Shown in pieces: positions 53,701 to 64,000 of a stretch of 64,000 nt of DNA (position 1 is its first letter; every line of letters begins with the position of its first letter). The translations under genes and the position numbers were made by a program. This stretch comes from Laetmonice hystrix (lineage: Eukaryota). The notes under the pieces were generated by a model. The model saw nothing but the letters and a program-made list of their open reading frames with translations. It was not told the DNA's origin and made no database searches. Where the stretch lies: the NCBI GenBank assembly GCA_965235115.1, contig OZ249436.1:4962001-5026000 (forward strand). Direction: 5' to 3'.

Positions 53701-56700
53701 TCTAAAACAGCTTCTACGCTGAGAAGAAATGGAAAACCCCGCCTTCCTTGTCATGCTTGCAACATTAACCACTGGAGTCATTCAAAGAGAGGACAGCGTT
53801 TGTTTATACAGCCACAGGCTGTGTGCTGACTCCCCGCAGTCTCTTCAGGGGTATAATGTTTGTTTACCGGCATTGTAGTAGCAGAACCTTTGTGAAGTGA
53901 GGACTACTAATTACAGACTTGACGTGTAGGCAGACTGAGGGACATATTGTGAGGACTACTAGTTACAGACTTGATGTGTAGGCAGACTGAGGGACATGTT
54001 GTGGGGACTCCTAGTTACAGACTTGATGTGTAGGTAGACAGAGGGACATATTGTGAGGACTACTAATTACAGACTTGATGTGTAGGTAGACTGAGGGACA
54101 TATTGTGGGGACTACTAGTTACAGACTTGATGTGTAGGTAGACTGAGGGACATATTGTGAGGACTACTAGTTACAGACTTGATGTGTAGGTAGACTGAGG
54201 GACATATTGTGGGGACTCCTAGTTACAGACTTGATGTGTAGGTAGACAGAGGGACATATTGTGAGGACTACTAATTACAGACTTGATGTGTAGGTAGACT
54301 GAGGGACATATTGTGGGGACTACTAGTTACAGACTTGATGTGTAGGTAGACTGAGGGACATATTGTGAGGACTACTAGTTACAGACTTGATGTGTAGGTA
54401 GACTGAGGGACATATTGTGAGGACTACTAGTTACAGACTTGATGTGTAGGTAGACTGAGGGACATATTGTGGGGACTACTAGTTACAGACTTGATGTGTA
54501 GGTAGACTGAGGGACATATTGTGAGGACTACTAATTACAGACTTGATGTGTAGGTAGACTGAGGGACATATTGTGAGGACTACTAATTACAGACTTGACG
54601 TGTAGGCAGACTGAGGGACATATTGTGAGGATTACTAATTACAGACTTGATGTGTAGGTAGACTGAGGGACATATTGTGAGGACTACTAATTACAGACTT
54701 GACGTGCAGGTAGACTGAGGGACATATTGTGAGGACTACTAATTACAGACTTGACGTGTAGGCAGACTGAGGGACATATTGTGAGGACTACTAATTACAG
54801 ACTTGACGTGTAGGCAGACTGAGGGACATATTGTGAGGATTACTAATTACAGACTTGACGTGCAGGTAGACTGAGGGACATATTGTGAGGACTACTAATT
54901 ACAGACTTGATGTGTAGGCAGACTGAGGGACATATTGTGAGGACTACTAATTACAGACTTGACGTGTAGGTAGACTAAGGGACATATTGTGAGGACTACT
55001 AGTTAGAGACTTGACCTGTAGGTAGACTGAGGGACATATTGTCAAATTGAGAGAAATCACATATGTCACAGTAGTTTGGCTATCACATCTCTTTACTGAA
55101 CCTATCCCTCACAGTTCTCTGCAAGAGATCTAAAGTATTTCTATCAGACAAAGCAAAAAGTCAAAGAGATCTAAAGTAAACTGCACAGTGTAGATTGCTT
55201 ACAGATCGACTTGGGATGATGCAAGTAGTTTTTATCTCTAGTCAAAACATGAGGTGTAAAAATGATGTTTTACTTGAGTTCCCCAACAATGAGAAAATCA
55301 CCCCAGCACGTTTCAGAGTTAAGTTTAACTTTAGAACTTATACTAGAACGTAGCAAAGCTGAGTTGGAATGGGCGAACCTATGGACCAATGAAAGAGACT
55401 TAATGTCACCAGTTGATCAATATGTGTGATCATGTTTGTCTGGTTCAGATGGCTGTGGTATCGCAGGACTACCGGGTATTTAAACAATGGGTACTTAGAC
55501 CAGAAGTAGACGTCTTTTAACTGAGGGCCTTCTTCTTTCAGAACGTAATGGTGAAGAAGGAGGTTTTCACAGTGTTCTTTCAGGGCGAGCAGCTGAGGAG
55601 CAGGGTCAGGAAGATCTGTGAAGGGTAAGCTCAGTTTGATCTTCTCCACTCTCAGAATCTCAGGACTGGGGAGAGGGAGAAGGAGTCTGGAATGTAAATG
55701 CTGGACTATGCATTTCTGTCAGTCTACTTTGTAGAAATCAAGTTTCAGAACTATAACTGTCAGGTACTTTGCTGAAAGAAATCTCTCAAGATATCTTTGA
55801 AGGTAAGAGACATGACCAATTCTTTTTGTATGCTAAGTTGGAAAGAGATTGTTGCCAGCTTGATGCTCTCATTTTGACCGCTGTGTGTTCGACCTTCAGG
55901 TTTCGGGCAGTGCTCTACCCCTGCCCTGAAACCAGCATGGAGAGACATGAAATGTTGAAGGGAGCACAGGACAGGATCAAAGACTTAGATGTGGTAAGTA
56001 GACAACCTCGAGCGCAGCATCAGCTTTGTAATATTTGATAAAGTACATGTAGTAGGATTCCTGGAGAATATGATTATTCAAAATCTTACTTGTTTTGTTG
56101 ACACTACATCTAAGTTGTGTTATATTCAACTGTCTCAGAATCTAAAATGCTTGAACGAGTCCTACTTCTGTGTATTAAATATACATTGTAGGTGTCAAAA
56201 TCTTACTTGTTTTGTTGACACTACATCTAAGTTGTGTTATATTCAACTGTCTCAGAATCTAAAATGCTTGAACGAGTCCTACTTCTGTTTATTAAATATA
56301 CGTTGTAGGTGTCAAAATCTTCAAGAATCTTTGATTTAAGTGATGGAGTCTAAAGATGTACTTAGTAATTTATCCAACTATACAGTGCTAAGATTCCCAG
56401 ATCATCATTTGATGGTCAGAGTTGTTCTGTCCCTAACATAGCTACTGTCCCCATCCAGGTCATCCAGCAGTCTCAGGAGCAGCGTCGTCGGGTTCTGGAA
56501 TCCATCACTCGTAACTTCACCACCTGGACCATGAAGGTGTTCAAAGTGAAGGCCATCTTCCACACCCTCAACCAGTTCCGTGCTGAGCATCACAGCTTCA
56601 TTGCTGAGGGATGGTGCCCCGTCAATGACATGGACCGCATCCAGCAAGCTTTGTCTCATGCTGCCGTCAGTTTTAACCTTATTTCTATGTATACATGTAG

Positions 56701-59700
56701 ATATTTAAGTTCTGGGGTATTCTCTGGCATTGTAATGGGGCTGTCTGGTATCCATAAGGTGTCACATGAGATGGGAATAATAGAAATTGTCCAGTCGATC
56801 TCGAATAGGCATCTCCTGGCCATACCTATGATTTGGGCTTACATACAGGTATGTTGAGATTTCTCAGAATCTAGTTAGTTCCTGCAGGGCGGCTTCATAC
56901 AAAGAATGAAGAAAAAGGGCAGCTGTTTTCAAGTTAAGTTATGATTGGATGTGGTGTTTGTAGGAGGTATCACAGACTGGGGCTCCTTCCCTCATCCACC
57001 GCCTGCCATCCCAGGACCTGCCAACCTACCACAAGCTCAGCAAGTACACCTCCGCCTTCCAGGCACTCATAGATGCTTACGGTATAGCAACCTACCAGGA
57101 GGTCAACCCAGGTATGTCACTGTGTCGGGGTCAGGGTCAGGGGTCAAGGTTATCCTGATATTTTATACTGTAAGGTCTCTGAACAATAACAGCACTGTGT
57201 CCTACATTCAGAATTATTTACAAGCTTTTCTTCAGAGAAGGACTGCCTTTCAAAGTGGGTTCGCCTTGAGGTTACTTAAAAAGAAATGTTTCCATTCGTT
57301 AACAGCTCCGTTTGCAATCATCACATTCCCGTTTCTCTTCTCTGTGATGTTTGGGGATGCTGGGCATGGAATGTTGTTAACGTTCTTTGGTCTCTGGATG
57401 CTGTTGAAGGAACGCTCGCTGGGCAAGGTCAAGGGTGACAATGAGGTCAGTTGTTCAAGGTCACCTTTTGCAACAAAAATCTGAAATATAAACCTACTTG
57501 ACAAAGAAGACATCAGTAGTTGAAAAAATTATTATGCAATTTCTATTCTCCTTTTCAGATCTGGAATATATTTTTTGGAGGCCGTTACATGATATTCTTA
57601 ATGGGCCTTTTTTCAATATACTCGGGACTGATCTACAATGATATATTCTCCAAATCCATCAATGTCTTTGGTTCATCCTGGCATGCTATATATGAGTGAG
57701 TTCAGTCTTCTTTTGCAAAGCACAGGAATTATAACATGGCTTGCTTCAAATGGTCTTTCATGGCATGATTATTGATTTTAAAATGATAACTCATAATGGG
57801 GAAATTTTTAGATTTTGGAAAGATGAGAGTTTTTTTTTTTTGAAGGGGAGGGGGAACAAGCTAATGGAACTTTTATGCTGAAAGTTTGCGTATGATCATG
57901 TTTTCAGTAATACAACACTGGCAATGGATATTAATTTCCAACTGGATCCAAACGATACAAGAGTCTATACAGGGACTCCTTATCCATTTGGATTAGATCC
58001 GGTAAATTGTTTGTTGATTTCTTAAAGTAGAAATTCATCCATATAAATGTGGTGATGAACGAGAACATTTTTAACTTTAAACTTACCTAGATATCGTTGA
58101 TATCCATATTATTCTCAGCCAAAATATTCTATATTTTTGCTTAGTTACAAGTCAAAATGGCAATGAAGTATGTTTACCCCCTCACACATGGAGTTGGGTA
58201 TGTACCCCCAGGTAAAAGATGGGCAAATTGAGTCGAGGTCCCCAGTTGTAAGAGGACATTGACAGGGGTTGATTTCCAGGTGTGGCAAACGGCATCAAAC
58301 AAAATCACTTTCACCAACTCCTTCAAGAAGAAAGTGTCCGTCGTATTGGGTGTCCTTCAGATGTTATTTGGGGTCATTCTCAGTCTGGCAAATCACATGT
58401 AAGTATATTCTGGATCTCCTTATGTTTCAAGTTAAACATCGTGACGTCGATACTACTAGATAGTTTCCCATATACAAAAGTTAATGTCATGAAAAGTATA
58501 AGTTTTTGTACCAAGATGCTGTAATGGTTTAGACTTAAACTCATAGCTTTAACATAGAAATAAGAATAAACATGTGATACATAGGCCAACGGATTATTTT
58601 AAGAATTTCCACTGTTAAGTTATGATCTGCTCAGATTCTATTTGAGATCTTAGTGTTTTGAAATAATGTAAGATCGCTATCAAGCCTTTCGAAACCTTGT
58701 TACTAATAGTGTCTTGCTAGCGTGTGGTCTGGAAATGGCAGCATTCCCTTAATTTATGTTCTCCAGCTCTTCTTAACCCCTGGCAGGTGGAGTCACACTT
58801 AATTTATTCATATATTCTTTGATAATTTTAAAAATAGAAATGTCAGAAGAGCCAGTTGTATTTCAGACATTTCAGACGCTGGTTGAACATCGTCTCCGAG
58901 TTTATCCCGCAGATATTGTTCCTCACCTGTATCTTTGGTTACCTGTGTGTTCTCATCTTTGCCAAGTGGATTGTCTTTACACCAGCTGACTCCGATCAAG
59001 CCCCCAGTCTCCTTATAGGTCGGTCCATGCATGCCACTTATATTATGTTTCATTGGGTTATCAGTTATTTGGCATACATATTACAATATACAGGCTGGAA
59101 ATTGCCACAATTGGATTATGTTAGCTTGGCCTTTTCTAAGCTTTTCTTTAGGTGATTAAAACTATTTCTGTTACTGCTCCAATTAAAGCAAGACTTTTTC
59201 ATGGCCAATGTAGGGGTTGGATCACTCAAAGTTGAAGTGATACTTGTACACCTTTTCTGCACCATTTTAAACATATACAACGTAACAAAAACCAACATTG
59301 GTATATTTATATACCTCCCAGTTCTTTAGACAAATATACCTAAGGAAGCCATAAAGCGGGTATTTACTGATTCATTATACACTTTATACACCTCCATGTA
59401 TTATTAAGATATGATGACCTGCCTTGTTCAATAGTTGCTCAAAGTTAGCATTCAATGATTAAGTTAAAGTGTAAGTTTAGAAAATATTACATGTTATAAG
59501 ATTTTGCAGACCATATTGGCCGGATGCAAGGGTGTAGTTACTGTTACTCTCGAGATTATCCCTATTCCCAGTTGCGAGGAAGTCAGAATTTTCTAGCCTT
59601 TTCTCTTGTTTGGAGACTGACCCTTAATTTGCTGGCCAAGCACAATGGAATTCAGTTAAACATGAATACAAAACATACGCAACCTTAAATCTAGGCTAGA

Positions 59701-60508
59701 TAGTAAGTAAGCCATTCTTTGGATTAACTTCACAAAATGTTTTTACGTCTGTGTCTTGAGAGCTCCCATAAAAAAAAATCTTGTAAGAATAAATCAAAAC
59801 AGCTAGAAGACGTGGGAGGGTTTCTGTCAGCCGATATGTTGTGCAAGTGGCACATTATATTAATTGATAACACAAGAACCTGGCTTTCTGTGTTCCTCTG
59901 ACAACCTTGACATGTCCTCACAAATACATTCACAATAAACACAGGTTTCTTCAGCCCACTAAAACCTGGCTTCAGAAATCTTTATAGTGGCAGTGAAATC
60001 ATAATCATTGTTAGTGTTATTCTTTCACAATTAATTTCAGTTTTATTAAGTCCATTTCAGTGAACGTTTTGTTTGTTGTGTTCGCAGGTTTAATAAACAT
60101 GTTCATGTTTAAATCGGTGGACGCATGGTTTACAGGCCAGGTGAGCTCTGAAATCTCGCTGGGGGGGTGGGGGTGGGGGGTTAGTAAAGGTGGGGTACAT
60201 ACATGAGTAATATAACACATTGTGAAAGGGACTGAGAGCTCAATATATCGTACACTTCACACACATTTTCCATCCAATACCTCTGCCGATAACTTGAGCA
60301 TGATTCTGTTTGATAAAATCCTGCATGCCTGACTGGTATTATCAAGTTGTAGGTTTCTAGCCAGTAGTTTGGAGCGAGAGTTTGATGGTTGCCTGGTGTG
60401 TTTTAGTTTGCTGTCCAGATAACCCTCGTCCTGCTGGCTGGCCTCTGTGTTCCTTGGATGTTACTGGTAAAACCTCTCTACCTCCGCTGGCGTCACCAAG
60501 TAAAGAAG
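50785..60508 (+). CDS. ATP6V0A: V-type proton ATPase V0 subunit a (116 kDa family); 17 coding exons seen, 3' part not found in the window
   Basis: Exons: 50785-50901, 51153-51231, 51384-51481, 52055-52183, 52497-52588, 52736-52862, 55542-55624, 55900-55993, 56459-56665, 56964-57111, 57306-57445, 57559-57695, 57908-58001, 58280-58398, 58867-59018, 60088-60140, 60407-60508. Motifs: [91 protein letters not shown]. The SYLRLWALSLAH region was not found. Paralog not assigned. Confidence 0.93.
53897..55042. repeat. 52-bp minisatellite, 22 copies, intronic
   Basis: Unit GTGAGGACTACTAATTACAGACTTGATGTGTAGGTAGACTGAGGGACATATT, period 52. Confidence 0.97.
56078..56321. repeat. 117-bp tandem duplication, intronic
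   Basis: TCAAAATCTT recurs at 56078, 56195 and 56312. Confidence 0.93.
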
Positions 60509-62113
60509 GTATGTAACCTCAGCTATCCCACAGCTCGCCTCTCAACACCATTTTTATTTAGACACAATGAAAGTTGATATAAAGTTTATCTAGCCATGTG
60601 AATGAAAACTTTTTTATTATTTAAAATAGCAATGCCAACTCTGATATTCAAAATATTCAAAATATGCTCTGTGTCTACAGTTGTAGCATATCTTTCCATC
60701 AGTGAATTTTTATCACAGTAAGTCCACCATACTCTGCACGGAAAATAAATTCCAGTTTAACAAGTTGTTTTAACATAAATAAGAGAGTTAATTATCAATA
60801 ATATGTTCTTTGACTGATTTGCGCTTTCAGGATAAAATGAGGTTTTCCTTTTTGCTAAGATCTTTATTAATAGTATATATATAGAAAGTGATAACTGTCA
60901 TTAAAATATTTACTATTAGTCCTAGTTTTCAAGACAGTAATTGGCATTTAGAGAAATTACCATTATATTTCCCTTATTGAATGCCCACCTTTAAATGCTC
61001 TGATCTATGATTCTCCAGATACGATCAAATACATTGAATACAAAAATTTCAGATATTTAGATTGCAGTTCAAGAAACGTTTTTATTCTGAGTCTGAGGTA
61101 ACTTAACTTTGTCGTAAGGCGCAAGGAAAGATCCTGCTTTGTTTGAGGGTTTCAAGGGAATGTATATGCTTTGTGGGAGATATTGCAGATAAAAACAGTT
61201 GCCAACCAAAAAGCATTACAGCCTAACTTTAAGTCCCTGCGTTGATAGTAAGAGTGTCCTGCTCTATGAAGTTAGAGAAATGCCTTGTATGCATCCTCTA
61301 CTATTAAAAGTTCATCATGAAAGGTCACTGTTCCACAGGTTCTGACAATGAAATTACGGATGCGTACCATACTAAGTTTTAATAAAATACTAGTTTTTGA
61401 ATAGTGAGTTATTGAATACTGAAATGGCAGCAACCAAGTTTGACGCCTCTATGTAGATGAGTAAGAACATATTTTTATCAGGTTGTCATACACTGAACTG
61501 TATGAATATACCCAGATATACTTGTAAGCCTAAAATAAACGATGCCTATTTGGTTATCAAATTGGCGCAGTGCGATTGAAGAATGGCCTTTGTATGAATG
61601 TGTTGGTGTATTTTCAACCTCTTTTGTTATCCTTGAAAAATAATTATATTAAGCTGTGGAGGAACTATGCTATGTATTGGTATGGGTATTGTAAGCCAGT
61701 ATTCTGTTAAGTACGTGTATTGTCTAAATTATGCTACCCTTACCTGGATCGCCACTCTGTAGAGCCACATACGTGCCTATGTCGTCATAATTCCCATGTT
61801 TCTTCCAAATATTACCAGATATAGTGTAGTACCATTACTGATGAGTTTATTGACGAATATATCAACGTTTAGGTTATAAAGGCCCTTTTATGGTGCATAG
61901 ATTAGTTCCAAGGACTGCCTTGTGTAGCCAGTAGATCATCCTGAACTCAAGATTTCCGACACCAAATCTTTTGCCGATTTATTATATCATGAATGATATT
62001 ACCTCTACGGGTATTTATTGCGTGAGATTTCCTGTCGTGAGAAACTGTATTGTTCCATCCCTACTACCGAGACCACATATTATATTCAAACATGAAACTG
62101 GATTGACAATATA

Positions 62114-62967
62114 TCGGGTGGATAAAAAAAAACGCCCCGAACTTTAAACTCCAATATTTCAAAAAGTATTGATTGTAATTCAATGAAATTTTTCTTACTA
62201 TAACTTCATGATGTTTTCTCTCAGTTGTTAATGTTACAACTCAATAGCTTGGATAATATGTTCGGGGGGCTAAAAACAAAAATCATTGTACAAAAGCGCA
62301 ATGCCGGGCTAAAGCGAGTGGTAGTCGCACCAGAGTCCCTGGCCTCACACTAGAGTAGGTGGTCAATTGGTCCCCCGTTTTCACTTCATACTGCTCTCAG
62401 TCTCTTTTTACATGCGCCAATGCACGTCCTGATCTCTGATAGGGAATTATCTTCCCATTATTGGGAAATAAGCAGCGTTCTGAACGTGTTGCTAAACGTG
62501 ATAATGATACGATTCCACTTGAACTTCTGGTTACAGTCATATCGTCCTAATGTTGCAGTTTCTCTGTAGGGTTTGGCACAGTAAACATCTGGTTTTCTCT
62601 AGAAGTACTAGGATTAGCACATAATTTATTATATCTAGTGGTTTACAACATTATACATATTGTAAAACATGCAAAAACTAAATATTGAAAACTTTTTTAC
62701 CCAAGGTACAATGCGGTGCATCAAACAGGTCTCAAATTGGACATCTGGCACCTGCATGATATTTGACCTAATTCCGGCATTGTGTTTTTAGACAATGATT
62801 TTTGTTTTTAGCGCCACGGGATTAATATCACAGCTATTGAGCTGAAATTTTAACATACAAGAGATAATATCATGAAGTTATATTAAGAGAAATTTTATTG
62901 AATTATAATGCAAAGTTATTGAAATATTAAAGTTTAAAGTTCGGGGCGTTTTTTTTTATCCACCCGA
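62114..62967. mobile_element. About 850-bp non-autonomous TIR element with TA TSD (Tc1/mariner-like)
   Basis: TA TCGGGTGGATAAAAAAAAACGCCCCGAACTTTAAACT ... AGTTTAAAGTTCGGGGCGTTTTTTTTTATCCACCCGA TA. Imperfect pairing continues further in. Confidence 0.88.
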
Positions 62968-64000
62968 TATATAGAATTATTCATTTGTTTTACATTCTCG
63001 TTTTCAGTTTGCTATTAAGATTCAGTCTCTCCCTAGTTACGCTGTAGAATAGCTTGTGCTTCTCACATTCCCGAAATGAAAGAAAAAAACGTCCTGTACT
63101 TATTGGTGGATGATTTCGTAGCGATTTGGTAATAATATGTTTTAATTTATTTCTGTGTCGTGTGTGGGAAATAGCCATTCAGTATACCCAATCATTTCCA
63201 AGGACGAGTGAGTACCATAATGATTCAGTCAAAATGCCATAGGCACAGGGTTTTCTCTCTATTTGTCTGTGCAAGATCTCTCAGTGTTGTAAAACTAGTT
63301 TCTGTGTGATTTATTGTACTAGTACCTGTGTTCAGTTTAGTTTTTAAGTTGATAGTCTGGCCCACAACTCGCTGTGAAATCCAAGTCAAGCTGAAACTTT
63401 TATGTGCAGATATCATTTCTTATGTGGAAATTTGCTGGCTTCCTTTGTCAAATCGCAGCACTGGGATCAAATGTAAACGTGTCGATGCACTAGGATCAAA
63501 TGTATACGTGTCAATTCACTCTCAGAGGCTTTCTGAACAAACATTCTAGGGAATGCACGCTATGTTTTCACAGTTATAATTCATGAAAGAATGCTGTTTT
63601 AACTCGATAAACTATATTACCCCATTGCGTGAACAGTGTGATACCATATACCGGTAATACTAGAGATGGTATCAGTGAGGTAGTTTTTGTAGTGATAACT
63701 CCATCCATCTGTCACCCAGTATTATCCAGTCGTAACACTGAACTGAGTAGAGTTATATAAGGTTTACTGTCTTGTTCTCAACTTCTGTTCTACTCATACC
63801 GAAATTATTAAATCATCAAATTACGTAGCTGACTCTACAAGTACTTGAAACATGCAAATGAATGGAGACAATCACTAGAACTAACATCTTATAGAAGTTG
63901 GAAATGTTTAATGATAAAGAGCAACCCTTTCACAGCTGCTTCCTATGTTGTATGCAATGTCCTCATTTGTGTCAGTATGTAGTCTGAATTAATAACACCA

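Noticed and set aside
53897..55042. CRISPR array, or a relative of the other 52-bp repeat
   Set aside because: It has no unique spacers and lies in a eukaryotic intron. It shares only its length and GTGAGG with the 29.7-kb repeat.
61838..61865. Minimal hammerhead CTGATGAGTTTATTGACGAAT
   Set aside because: It has GAAT instead of GAAA, and no stem I.

Overview
Eukaryotic DNA with GT-AG introns, probably from an invertebrate animal. Positions 1-29.65 kb are a tandem array of about 34 units of an 828/830-bp repeat; the ORFs in it look spurious. The array is interrupted twice, at the same position in the unit (CACTACAG|TGAGG), by one foreign element. At 16101-17642 the element is 4.6 identical head-to-tail copies of a 334-bp unit, and at about 29263-29408 it is a 5'-truncated 145-bp copy with the same 3' junction. 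The 334-nt unit has Pol III A and B boxes and a T6 run, and by eye it folds end to end into a closed, G-U-rich rod. This is the main candidate system: a non-coding, possibly site-specific retroelement, retrozyme- or viroid-like, copied from a circular or multimeric RNA, with no canonical hammerhead. To the right lie a 52-bp minisatellite (related, in inverted orientation, to part of the 828-bp unit) split by a P-like TIR element holding two TTAA elements, several MITEs, an intronless BTB-BACK-Kelch CDS, an 11-exon DUS1L gene and the first 17 coding exons of a V-ATPase subunit a gene. All folding and alignments were done by eye.
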